Assembly (NCBI RefSeq): GCF_036321535.1
Contig: NC_087436.1
Coordinates: 36,892,001 to 36,956,000 of the forward strand
Length of the DNA: 64,000 bases
Direction of reading: 5' to 3'
Source of the DNA: Camelus dromedarius
Lineage: Eukaryota
The notes below the pieces were generated by a model. It ran no database searches. It saw only the letters and a program-made list of their open reading frames with translations, and was not told where the DNA came from. Below are positions 48,789 through 61,037 of this stretch, in pieces; position 1 is the first letter of the stretch, and the number at the start of each line of letters is the position of its first letter. The position numbers and the translations under genes are program-made.

Positions 48789-50478
48789 AGTCAATATAGT
48801 GTTATTAACTATAGTCCCCATGCTCTACAATAAATCTCTATAGATTTATTCATCCTATGTAACTGTAACTGTGTACCCTTTGACCAGCATCTCCTCATTT
48901 CCCCCCACCTCTCAGCCTCTGGTAACTACAGTTCTACTCTGCGTCTTATGTATTTGACTTTGTTAGATTCCATGTATAAGTGAGATCATGAAGTTTTTTT
49001 TCTTTCTGTGTCTGGCTTATTTCACTTAGCCTAATGTCTTCCAGGTTCCTTCATATTGTCACAAATGGCAAGATCTCCTTTGTGAAGGCTGAATAATATT
49101 ACATTGTATACACACACACACACACACATGGTTTCTTTTTCTATTCATCAGTAGGTGACACAAGTTTTTTCCGTATATTGGCTGTTTGCTAAGAGAGTAG
49201 GTTTCAGGTTCTCTCATTGCACATACACACAAAAGGTAACTATGTGAGGAGATGGACAGTTAATTACCTTGACTGTAATAATCATTTCACTATGTGCAGT
49301 TGACCCTTGAACAATGCAGGGGTTAGGGGTGCCGACTCCCCTGCACTGTCGAAAATCCCTGTTTAACTTTTGACTCCCCTAAACTTAATTACTAGTAGCC
49401 TACTGTTGATCAGAGCCTTGCCAATAGCATAAATAGTTGATTAACACATATTTTGTATGTTATATGTATCATATATTGTATCCTTCAATAAAGTAAGCCA
49501 AAGAACATGTTATTAAGAAAATCCTAAGGAAGAGAAAACACATTCACAGTATTGTACTGTATTTATTGATACCATAGGCTTATGTCATCTGTTACAAAAG
49601 GACTCATCTGTCACAAAAGGATTCATCTGTCTGTCAGTATCTACATCAGTATCGTATTGTATGATACAAAACACTGTAGGTATTATACATATGGCTAACA
49701 CTAGACATCAAAAATGAAAAAATAATTTGAAAAATTCATAATTTTTTGCAGGTATAATGTACATGCATTGATAACAAAGAAGTAGCAATATGATTGCTTT
49801 ATGGTAGCCTGGTGTAATCCATACGGTTGCTTCACTAGCCTAGAAACTAATGAATGAACCATTATAAAATTTTTACAGCACACAGTATTACCATGCCATA
49901 TTCATAATACAGTATTGGAAACATTACTACTTTTTCTTTAAAACCAATTACCTGTGATGCTAGATTGATAGACAGTTTCTCCAGCTGAGAGAGAGAGGCA
50001 GGCATACTAAATAGTAATGTAATTCTTTGAAAACAAAGTTATAAAACAGTAAGAAAACTAACATTACTATTATTAAATTTATTTTAAGTATATTATTTAA
50101 TTATTTAAATATATTTAATTACTTAAATATATTATTATTAAATATCACTCATCTTATGGCTATGCAAAGATAGACTAGTATCTCTATATATTTTATTCAT
50201 TTGTGACATGCCTAACTTTTTCTTAGTATTTTCAATGTTTCTAGGCTACATGGTTTGTCTGTGAGTTTTTTCAAATTGTTGTAAATCTCTAAAAGTCTTT
50301 CCAATATATTTATTTTAAAAATACGTGTACAGGTGAACCCACACAATTCAAAGCAGTGTTGTTCAAAGATCAACTGTATATGTATATCAAATCGTCATAT
50401 TGTATACTATAAACATATACAATTTCTATTTTGAAAATTATGTAAAATAAAGCCGCAGAGTGACTTGATGATTAAAAA
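48789..50478. mobile_element. 5'-inverted L1MA-type LINE-1 3' end (minus ~48790-49185, plus ~49186-50478), interrupted by Tigger2
   Basis: Minus-strand L1 3' sequence (TGTCTGGCTTATTTCACTTAGC) joins plus-strand TTGCTAAGAGAGTAG...GGTAACTATGTGAGG; TSD AATAGAGCTT(C/T)TGT at 48775-48788 and 50479-50492. Confidence 0.8.
49297..50376. mobile_element. Tigger2-family non-autonomous DNA transposon (~1080 bp)
   Basis: TIRs CAGTTGACCCTTGAACAA / TTGTTCAAAGATCAACTG; flanks TG/TA. Confidence 0.88.
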
Positions 50479-50949
50479 AATAGAGCTTTTGTTGCTCAAC
50501 TTTGTATGACAAGGGATCTGAATTTGAGTACACAGTGCCTTGCATGCCAGATTTTCTAGCTGGATGTTAGTTTCTGTAGTGCTGGCCTTGTGTAGATGTT
50601 CCAGTCTAGGCTTAGCTTGGCTGTGGGACTGAGAACACGTTGCACGTGTTGGATTGGATTTCAGGTTAGAAGCAGCACTTCTCTCCCGTGGCTGGAGTGG
50701 AAATCAGAGATTTGCCAAGTCACTGTTGAATCTTCAGGGATAGGAATTTGAACTTCAAGGATTAAAGTCAGACTATCATTATTAAGGAAGAGGCAGGTTT
50801 CTCCATAGTTATAATTTTCAAGAATAGCACAGCACAGCATTAGACTTGAGACCTTTAATCATCAGATACTTTGAATTATATTTTTAGTTTATCCCCTAGA
50901 GTAGTAATTTTACTATGTACAATGTAGAGTTGTCATGTTGGTTTGTTGT

Positions 50950-52530
50950 AAATTATTTTCGTATAATATTGAAATAATGCATGAATATAGTTTTAAAACT
51001 TAGTGCTAAAAAAAGGCTTACAAGAACAACAAGAAGCTCATGGCAGTTCCCTGGTTCCCTCCCCTTTTCTTCCTGTTCTCTATTTCACTCCACTTTCAAC
51101 TCCTTTCGGTATTGCTACTTTGTTTTTCATGTATTTTAGATGTCATCAGTAGTCTTAAGTAAGAATTTTCACTCACTTATACCTTTCAGTCTCCCCGATC
51201 CTACACCACATGGTTTATCACAGTTTTGGGGTAATATCTTCCTTAACGTCTTCCTTATTATGATCATGTAACTGTCACTCACTGCTAAGTCAAGTTGTGT
51301 AGTATGATTACGTTTCTTTTCTTTTATGGTTAGTTGTTTTTCTTAGAGAAAATATTTGTCCCATCTTGTTCTTGCCTCTTTAGCTAAATCTTTTACAGTC
51401 TCTGACTGCGTGTGTTTTCCTGAAGACATCTCTTCCAAACCTTCTGACTTCCCTTGTTTGTGGACTTTAACTCCCCTTGCCCTCCCCATGAATGATCTCT
51501 TCATTAGTGCTGTTCTGAAATGTCAAGATATGGGTCTTGAAATGCCTTGATATGGGTCTTTTTTTCATTCCATGAATTGGACATTTGGTAAACCCTTTGG
51601 TGAACCCTCTCATTATTTAAAGCTTATGCCCTTTGATTCTGGGAAGCTCTCTTGTATTATTTCTTTAATTTTTCCTACCTGCTATTTTCATTCTTCTTTC
51701 TGGAATTCCAACTATTTGGATGTTGGGTTTCCTGATCTGATACTCTAGTTTTTGTATCTGTACTATGGTGTTTTCCAGTGGTTGTTTTTTCTGTTCTTCT
51801 TTCTGAGGTATTTCCTCAAATATATTTTCTGACTCTTTCACTAATTTTTTTCAATTTTATCTATTATATTTTTCATCTCTAAAACTTTGTTTTAGTCTTA
51901 TGAGTATTCCTTTGTTATAACATTCTTTCTTATTTCAGAGATACAGTATTTTTAAAAAATTTCTCAGGGAAGGAAGGATTAGAGGATAGTACACCTGGCT
52001 GCTGGTATTCTGGAACTAGCCAGGGACCCCCTGTTCTTAGTTCCTACCCTCCCCTGGACCTGGTATCCCCACATTTAGAGAATCTTTTTAGTTTCCCCAG
52101 AGATTTTGTTTCCTGTATTTCTTATAGGGAGGTGAGAGTGTTGTCACTTGGTCATATCGGCTGGGGGTTAGTGATCCAGTGGGAGGGTTACTACCTACTT
52201 CTTATACAAAATTTCAGCCAATTCCTCCATTTTAGGCTCCTGCCTCATCTCTACTTTCTGAGACTTCTGCCTTCAGTTTCTGAGTCTTTTCTAGTATTGG
52301 GTAGATTAGCCTGCTTTTTGTCACAGGCACTCTGGTTGGACCTTCTTTCTTTCTGTTAAGTCCTTCACCATTCTTCCAACTCATCTCCTTTTTGTACATT
52401 GTGGAGTGGGGTTACACATGTCTCCTGGTTTTGTGGAAGATGAAATTTGTGTTCTTTGTTCTCTGTGTTGTTTAGGCGGGTAATTTTGGAGAGGTGAAGG
52501 GGTGAGAAAGGCCTTTATTCCATCATCTTG
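50950..52530 (-). mobile_element. Old L1M/HAL1-like 5'/ORF1 region, decayed
   Basis: T-rich + strand with TTCTGGGAAG..CTCTTGTATTATTTCTTT...TCTTTCTGGAATTCC..CTATTTGGATGTTGG motifs typical of antisense ancient L1 ORF1. Confidence 0.55.
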
Positions 52531-52688
52531 AAACAGAACATCCCTACAATTCTGTTTTAGGTGTTCATTTAAGTCCAAATGATGACAGTATTATTAATAG
52601 AACCAAGATTGCAGACGGAAGAATATTCTTAATTATGATTGATCCTAATAGGCAAATGGAATTGACAGTAATCTATTCAGTGTGATTT

Positions 52689-52802
52689 TGGAGGAGGGGG
52701 AGCAATTAGATATATTTATTTATTTAATGGAGGTACTGGGGATTGAACCCAGGACCTCATGCATGCTACATATGCACTCTACCACTGAGCTATACCCTCC
52801 TC
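52689..52802 (-). mobile_element. tRNA-Ala-derived SINE (Vic-1-like), antisense in intron 1
   Basis: Minus strand GGGTATAGCTCAGTGGTAGAG...GGTCCTGGGTTCAATCCCCAGTACCTCCA; 16-bp TSD CTAT(T/A)CAGTGTGATTT at 52673-52688 and 52803-52818. Confidence 0.92.
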
Positions 52803-54383
52803 CTATACAGTGTGATTTGAGGATCATCTGACACCCTCCACCTAAAATTATCTTAGTACCATACTTCCTAAATTTAACTCATATAGAATATTTTGAAGAA
52901 GAATAGAATGTTTGAGTTTATCTAGTCTAGAATGTTCTTTTACAAGTTGATAAACTGAAGCTGAAGGTTGCCATTGAATTCACAGCAGCTGCGGGACATC
53001 TGAAATCTCCATATTCCTAGAACTGCAGTGTTTACACTGTGGCCCCTTTTGGGTTAAGCATTTCTTTCTTCAACGAAATTTTAAATGCATTTACTCCTAG
53101 GAGGAGCAACACAGGAGACTACTAATTATTACTAACTCATTTATGAGATTCAATTAATTCATCATTTCAATTTGACTACTGATGGGAGATCAGCTTGAGA
53201 AAGTTTGAGCTAAGTAGGAGGACTAAGAATGGGGGGAAAGAGAAAAGGACATCTCAAGGCACAACTGTCCCCCTGCCAAATACCATTTACAGTTTTCTAT
53301 TTTTTAATATCGAAGAGGTGAAAGGATCCTAGACATCATCAGAGGACTGGGTTAGAATTTTAGAGGTTTTTCATTACTGTGCTAGGATAGCAAAGGTCTG
53401 TCTGTTGTGTTCTCTCCTTCTCTCTAAAACTCCACAAGAAATGTAATGGGAGGAAGACAGCTTTTTACAGAGCTCTCTGCTCTTAATAGGAAGACTTTCA
53501 ACTTCCTCGCCAGAGATCGAGATCGACCCCCTTCAGGTGATCAACACTGCACAGTGTTGTTCTGGCAGGGGAGCCAGATTAGTGGCCTGTTCAGGGTGAA
53601 TACAGAGGAATCTGGCCCCATACAGAAGGTCTGGTAGTTGAGAACTACGGGTGGACAACTTCACACTTGTGCATTAGGGGCCCAGCAGTGACTTTATGAG
53701 AATATTTAGGATTGTTATAGCATTTTGTCTTTAGCGTCTAGAGCAGAGATGTTTCTCTTCACTTATCTAGTCAAAAAAATTCCTCTATTCAAAAGAAAAC
53801 TCCCCTCTTTTCTTTGCACTATTCAAATAAGAGGTGACAACATGGATTTGGTCCTGGACCTTTTTTAAAATGAGATTTAAATGTCCATAAGTGTGTGACC
53901 TGTTAAGGAAAGAGCATGTCAGTACTAAACACTGTACAGCAGTTTTGCATTTCTAAATACATTTTGTCAAATAGGACTGATGCATATGGATTCTCTGTTG
54001 AAAAGCAGGTCACAGGGTGATGAGATGGGAGCAAGCATCTGAAAACCTCAGACTTCTGACTTGAATATGGATGATACTGATAGAAACCCAGATCCTTTTT
54101 CTTCTAATAATATTAGAGATTTATATATATTTATATAATTGATAGTGACTAATGTATTTTAAAAGCCAAATGTGAACTTATCTTGGGTCAGTAGAGGTTT
54201 TTGATTTTATTATTGAGTTCATTTGTCTCAGTTCTTGTTCAGTTATAGACTGAATTTGTATTTCACTTGTAATGTCATTGTCTCTAATCTTCCTGGAATA
54301 ATAGAAATTAGTTGTAGAAAATATTGTTTAATAAATGATTTTCTTTTTGAAGATAAGCTTAATTATTATTATAAAAGCTTATT

Positions 54384-54695
54384 TTAAAATTTTTATTAAA
54401 GTGAAGTTGATTTACAATGTTAGTTTTAGGTATAAAGTAAAGTGATTCGGTTGTACATATACATACATATATATTTTTCTCTTCAGATTCTTTTCCATTA
54501 TATGTTATTACAAAAAATTTAATATAGTTCCTTGTGCTATAGAATAGGTCCTTGTTGTTTATCTATTTTATATATGGTAATGTGTGCCTGTTAATCCCCA
54601 ACCCCAAATTTATCCCTTTTCACCCTATCCCTTTTAGTAACCATAGTTTGTTTTCTACGTCCATGAGTCTGTTTTTGGTTTGTAAATAGCTTGTA
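54384..54695 (-). mobile_element. Cetartiodactyl-type L1 3'UTR end, 5'-truncated
   Basis: GTTGATTTACAATGTTAG...TTCAGATTCTTTTCCATTAT...AATATAGTTCC.TGTGCTAT; 11-bp TSD AAAAGCTTATT at 54373-54383 and 54696-54706. Confidence 0.88.
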
Positions 54696-57600
54696 AAAAG
54701 CTTATTAATTCTATGATTTATCCTCTGTTTGCCCTCAGATTTTCCTGATAAAACGTAACTTTATGTAAGACCAAAGTCAAGAGATGTTAAGATTCATCGA
54801 TTTCTTTGCATGGTGTAACTAAGAATCGATGAATGTGATTAAGCATAAATCTGCTTCAAAAGAAGAATGATTGTTTACATTACTTTAATTTCTGATAATT
54901 AATTTATATTAAAGTATTCATGACATTACTCCCAGTTCCCCTCCATCACTACTTCCACACATTATATGTGACCAAGGGTATTCATTAATCTGAAGAGGAA
55001 AAGTGTCTGTTCCCTAGGTCTTCAGTCTTAACAGTTTAAGGACACATGCATCTGTGCCTCCAACAGATGAATCTTCATCAGTCATGTACTAAAAGCCAGG
55101 CATACAGAGATACAAAGAGACAGCTTCTGCTCTTATGTATGTTACAGTATTGTTGAGGAAACAGGCACGCAAGCAGACAATTACAAAGCAATACAACAGT
55201 CAGTTCAGTGGCGTTACACACAAAATGCAGTTCCTGGAAACAGAAACATCTACGTTCTAGAAGACATTTGCTTCAATGCCTTTTGGGGCATATTCGTCAA
55301 GAACTCATGCCATCAATGGTTAGGGGTGCTCACCTCTGCTCTCGGTGGACTTCTAGAGGGAGCAACACACTGTTACATGGCTCTTTTGCTTTTCTGGCCT
55401 TAATGCTGAAGGGTCTGGCTGCGCTTTCGTGTGAGGGGTGACAGGGAAAGCGACAGAGAACGGGGACCGGAGCTTCCCTCCAACAACAGCTTCTTGTCTT
55501 CGACTTAGTCATTAGGGCAGATACCAAAATTAGCAACTGTCTAATAGATTTATTAAAATGATACATGGAGAATTCTGAATATAACACTGGCCATCAGAAA
55601 CTCTCAGGGAATTAATTACTGTGGAGACCCAAATCTCTCTCTAGACTTGTGGGTGCTGGAATCGCTACATTTTAATTTTTTTCTCATATGGGAATCTTTA
55701 GACATGAAAATGATGCCTTCCTGTTTCTAAAATGGAGCGCCTTATCTTGCTGGTTTGGCTGCTGCCATGACAATGTGTTGCTGAGCAGCGCGCGGTGTCG
55801 GTAGATGCAGGCTCGCGGCAGGCCGTGTGGGACGTCCCCGCTACACTAGACAGTCGAGCTGATTGGACCACCTTTCTCTAACTTGCACGCTGGTGCGCTT
55901 AGGGACTCCTGACATTCTGAGTGTCCCCCCACTGTACTTCTCCTCCACAAATACACAGATTAAGGGATTTTCGAAATGTGTGGTTTTGATGACATTGTTG
56001 AGGCTGTTTGTAAGAAGCCCTTTGCTCTCTCCAAGCGCACTCACACGTAGGCATAGCGGGTAGCTATCGGATGTCTCCAGAGGCAGCCGCTTTGACTGAC
56101 AGGTGCCTGTTTGCCAGGGGAACTGTGGGGTTTGTCTATTTTTTGACTTATCATCTCTGACTTTCTTGTTCTTTGTCAGTGCCTGCTGCTTCCCACCTTC
56201 ATTAAACTTCCAATTATCACCAGCCCCGATATGGTAACTATCATGGTGGTTGCTCTCACACACCTCTTCCCCCTCCTCTGTGCTTTTCTCACTCCTTACC
56301 TTCTGCTTTCTTGCCCTTCACAGAAGGGCAGACTGGATCCTAGCCGGTGGGCACGTTCACTTTCTTCAGCGTGGTAAACTGATTAGACAAAACAATTTGG
56401 GTGTTATTCTCATTGCTTTGACTCACATCTACGGTGGTGGTGTTTTGCTTGCTTGCTAGATGAATTGAGTAGCTGTTTAATTCTTCACCTCATTTAAATA
56501 AAAGATTTGAGGTGACTTCTTTAATAATGTTCATTTGTTGCTGACTTTTAAACAGCTTGTGATTCAATCCAAAGAGCCATTTTAGTGTTTTTAAGAGAAC
56601 CAAAATATTCCAACATATAAGCTAAGCATATATTTTAATAATGCTATTTTGACTTGCAACTTGTTATTCATTTTTTTTTTTATTCCCTAGCAACAGCATG
56701 GTAAAGTAGAGAGACCCTTGGAGAGAACCTCTGAGCTCTCATTTTCTGATTGTCTACCTTTCAGTGACCTTAAGGAAGTTAACATTCTGACTGAGTCACT
56801 TTGTAGATTAGCATCAATTGACAAGTATTTTTGAACTATATTAGGCACTAGCTAAGAAGTATAAAAATTAAGATAGGAAGCATGGAACATTTATCCTCAA
56901 TCAAATTTAAAGGGCATGGATATCACAGGAGACAATAGTCAAGGAGACAAAAATCAAGGAGCGGGGGGGGGGAGAAATGTATAGATTTATGGGCGGATGC
57001 AATATTACAAAAGCTTAGGCTGAAGTAGTCAGGAGTGGTTTCAGAAGGGGTCAAAAGACAACATTTCAGAATGAACAGAACCCTGCTGGTCTTCTAGTTA
57101 TGACCTGTGAAGCTCTGCCTTGTTTACAGAGGTGTAACGTAAGGTGGACCACAGAAAGTAGGGAGGATTTGCATTGGTGAAGGGCCGGAATAAGGGTATG
57201 CCCAGGGATGAAAACAAAAAGGACCATCCCAGAGGCAGGTGTAGCAGGGTCAAGAAGCCAGAAAAGCTTGGATGGGCAACAAGCTCCTGAACTGGTCTTT
57301 CTCCTGAACCTCCTGCCCACTGACGAGGAGAGAAAATAATCGACCAGTGTTCAATCTGTGATTTAAATTAGTTTTTTTTTTAAATCTGCTTTATTTTTTG
57401 CTTGCTAAACAGACAGTTGTTCTCATTCAACAAGTGAATTAAGCAATCAATAAATTAAGCAATTAAGTTAATTAAGCAATTAAGTAATTATGTGAGTTAA
57501 TAGGGAAGGAAGGTTGCCCTACATTATCGCAGGGATTTGGTCAACTAGGACAGTGTCTCCCTGTGCGGCAAGCTGGTGTCTAAGGGACTTTGCTTGCTGA

Positions 57601-58939
57601 TTCTTCCCCCCAATCTCTAAAAGGGGTCAGAGTCTCTTTATGGTTTGCATGTCCACTCCCATTTCACTCTAGAGAGATGCTATGAGGTCAATTTCACTGA
57701 TCTTAGCCTGATACTATAAAGTAAATTTTCTTTTTAAGAAATACTTTTTCATTTGGATAAAATGGCTTGGGCTCTTGGAAAGCTGCCCCTTCCCCTGCTC
57801 TTCTCTGTAACATTGGGGCATTGGGGGAGGAGAGCATATGTGTCCCCTGAGGGTGGGTGGAGGGGGAAGGGTGATGTTCTCTTAACAATTCTGGCCTCTG
57901 GGCAATATGCATTGCCTATGTGGGTTTGCTTGTTAATGGCAATAGCTTGATCTTGGCTGACTTGCCTTTGTCACCCAGACGTGCCCCCTGGCATATTTAG
58001 TTTCAGCTCAGTTCCCACAAGCTACGGAGCTGGGTGCCTGCAACATCCTCTCTCCAGCTCACAGCACCAGTGGTCATCTCTAGTTCTGGTGCAGGCTCCC
58101 TGGCTCTCAGGGCAGGGTTCACACTACATGAGAGCAGAGGATGGCTTGAGAAAGCCCATACCATTCCCTGCTTAACCAGGCTGGGCTGCTTCAGATCTAC
58201 AAATCAAGCAAGTGGGCCAAGAATCCCCCCTCAGTGTTCCTCACCTTATTGGATTCACATCTTGACTTTTACTTCCCTTCTGTTGTTTCTTTCTTCTCAC
58301 AGGATGGGAGGCATGACGGCACTGCTGTCAAAAGTGGGAGAGCTACCCTGTCTGTGGATGAGGGAGCTCAGCGATCAGGGTGCTTCAGAAGTAGAGAAAT
58401 AAATTCTTCCTCAAGACAATTCCCCTTTTCCCAAATTCTGCTTGCAAAAATCCCATTTTTCTTGCAAAAAGCTGAAAATTACCTTGATCTTTCTCTTTAT
58501 GCTCCTCCTCTAAAATTTATCTCCTCCATTTTCCCCCTTAACACACCTACCCAACTCTATACAGCATTCCTCACCCCTGAGGCTGCAAGATGTACTGAGT
58601 TAACCAGGGCCAAGATCTCGTATTTGGAAAGGCAAAAGAGAAAAGCATGTTGCTAACTTTTCAAAAAAATATCCTTGATAGCGTAGGAATACCCTTGATA
58701 GTACAGAAATAAGCAGAATAATATGTTTATAGGGCAGTGAAGAGTGAATCTGAGGAGCAAGGAAAAGAAGGTTGGTCAGGAAGGGTGGGGCAGGCTGCCA
58801 ACATCCTTGGAAATCAGCTGGAGGAGCCTAGTACTGTTTTGCTTTTAAGAGAAGTGTGACAGTAAAAGCAGAGTTGAAGAAGCACAGGCTGCTGGGGATG
58901 GCCGTTGGGTAGCAAATCTGGAGCAGCAGGAAGCCCTGG

Positions 58940-59135
58940 AAAGAATAGGAGTCAGACAGCCCCTGGGTTGAATCCCAATTCTGAATTGTACTATGTGGGT
59001 CTCCTTGGGCTCTGTCCTTTGAGTTCACTTTTCTTGTTTCTGAAACAGAAAATAATACTTGCTTCATAGCAGTGTTATGAGAATTAAATATGATAGTGCA
59101 TGAAAAACGTACATATATACCAGGTACGCAGTAAA
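58940..59135 (+). mobile_element. MIR SINE
   Basis: GGAGTCAGACAG.CCTGGGTT.GAATCCCA..TCTG...AATAATAC...CTTCATAG...TGTT.TGAGAATTAAAT. Confidence 0.72.
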
Positions 59136-60344
59136 GTTTGGTTGCCTCCTCTTGTGCCATCTCTGCTGGAAAGCTGTTGTAATAACCCTGCCACGATGTG
59201 TTAAAGATCTGGGGGAGAGTGTTGACAATAAGAATTGGAAGGAAGGTGGTCCAGTATAGGAAACATTCCAAAGGAGAAGCTTCAGAACCTTGTGACTGAC
59301 AGGGTCAAGACAGTGAGTCACAGATGACCTTGAAATTGCTGAGCCTGAATAACTAGCCTGAGATGCAAGTGTTGCGGGGTTTGGGGGGAATGTAGGGAGT
59401 ACTGATTTAAGGGAGAATGTGAGTTGGGACATTTCAGAGTGACCAGAGGGCAGATAGTTGTACATGTGGGACCTGAAGTCAAGTGACAGGATGAGGCCCG
59501 GGAGAAGATTTGGGAACTCAGTTGGACATTTATTGAGCATGTACTCCCTAGGGAGCATTGGGTAATGACAAGTAAAGCATGACTGTACCGTCCAGGAATG
59601 TGGGCAGTGGTGGACATAGAAGGGGCAATTTATTCATACTCTATTAAAAAAAAAGAATTTAGAAACCATAAAATAGGCTTAAGACACATGGAATATAGGA
59701 TAACTGATTTAAAATCTATGTGAGAAATTACTTAGGAGGAGGGGAAAGACTGTGCCAGAAATCTGGGATAGACTAGTGATGGTAGTTGAGCATTTTTAGA
59801 TCTAAGCCAAATTCCTGGATACCCTGGGCCACAAAAAAAGGTGAGGGTTAAATAGTTCATATTGTTAGATCAAGGGAAGCAAACTCATCTGGAGAGACAG
59901 TCTTCTTGATACACAATTCTAGGATGATGTTAGCACTTGAATCCTCATAAAAGGTACAAGAGATGCTATAATGGAAACACTTCTTTAATCCTTTAAAAGC
60001 AGTTTTGAAGGAAACATAGTAACCCTTTAAAAATATCAATCCTTGATAAAAGAAAGGGCGTGACATTAAATGGTCACTAGTGAAGGCATTTTGCAGGCTT
60101 CTTATTAACTGTGATTCAGGGAAATAGCCTCCTGGAGATGAGATTTGAAGTGGTAATAAAGCATGGAAAACCTAAACGAAGGTAAGGCTGCTTGTCCTCT
60201 AGCCAACACTGCTCAAACCCATTATTCCAGCTTTGCTTTTGGCAGGGCCAGTGTGACAAGTGTCTAAAGGCCTACTAATTTGGGCTCATTGACCCAGGAT
60301 ATGTCCATTGCTTTTATATGGGAGATGGTCAGCCTTCAGCGTGC

Positions 60345-60510
60345 ATAGGAATTGCAAAGGATGCTCATTCAAAATACATATTCCAGGGCCCCATCCCTGA
60401 GAGATTCTGATTTAGTTCATCTAGAATGGAGCCCAGAAATCTGGATTTTTAACAGGTACTCCAAGTGATCTTGAGGCAGGTGGTCCTCAAGTTACGCTTA
60501 GAGAAACACT
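60345..60510. mobile_element. MER5-type hAT-Charlie MITE
   Basis: ATTCCAGGGCCCCA.CCC...GATTCTGATT.AGT...GCCCAG.AATCTG.ATTTTTAACA.G...GAGAAACACTG. Confidence 0.75.
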
Positions 60511-60723
60511 GTTAGAAGTCAGAGGAGTTGATGGCAAAGTTATGAAAACTGAGGAGTGTTGCTTGTATTTCTGCCTCTGAATAGAATGGAGCAAAAGGAT
60601 TGCCTCCGGGTACACTAAAATATTTCTTTTTATCTGCTTAAGTGTTTGGATAAGTACTGAGAACCCAAAGTTTGTTTCATAAAGCATGAAAAAATTTTTC
60701 TTTGCCTTAAGATGTGTGTTCAG

Positions 60724-61037
60724 TGTCTTACTCAGCTCGGGCTGTCATAACAAAGGACCACAGACTGGGTGGCTTAAACAACGAAAACATATTTTCTCAC
60801 AGTTCTGGAAGCTAGAAGTTGGAGATCAAGGTGCCAGCATCATCAGGTTCTAGTGAACGCTCGGTCCCTGGCTTGCAGACAGTTGCCTTCTCTCTGCTTT
60901 CTCTTCTTACAAGGGCACTGATTCCATCATAAGGGCTCTACCCTTATAACCTCATCTAACCCCAATTACTTCCCAAAGGCCCCATCTCCAACTACTATAT
61001 TGGGTGTTAGATCTTCAACATATGGATTTGTGCGTGG
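60724..61037 (-). mobile_element. MLT1A-like MaLR solo LTR
   Basis: CACAGACTGGGTGGCTTAAACAAC...CTCACAGTTCTGGA.GCT.GAAGT...GATCAAGGTGCCAGCA...TTCAGTCCATAGCA. Confidence 0.85.

Noticed and set aside
50108..50133. AT-only 11-bp inverted repeat
   Set aside because: Low-complexity sequence inside Tigger2; expected by chance or slippage.
52725..52800. tRNA-Ala(AGC) gene calls here and at 20832, 38891, 41742 and 48308
   Set aside because: All have substitutions or deletions in tRNA stems, A-rich tails and TSDs; they are SINE copies.
57978..57997. Second CTCF-like motif (GTGCCCCCTGGCAT)
   Set aside because: Matches only the 3' part of the core; lacks the conserved CC at the motif start.
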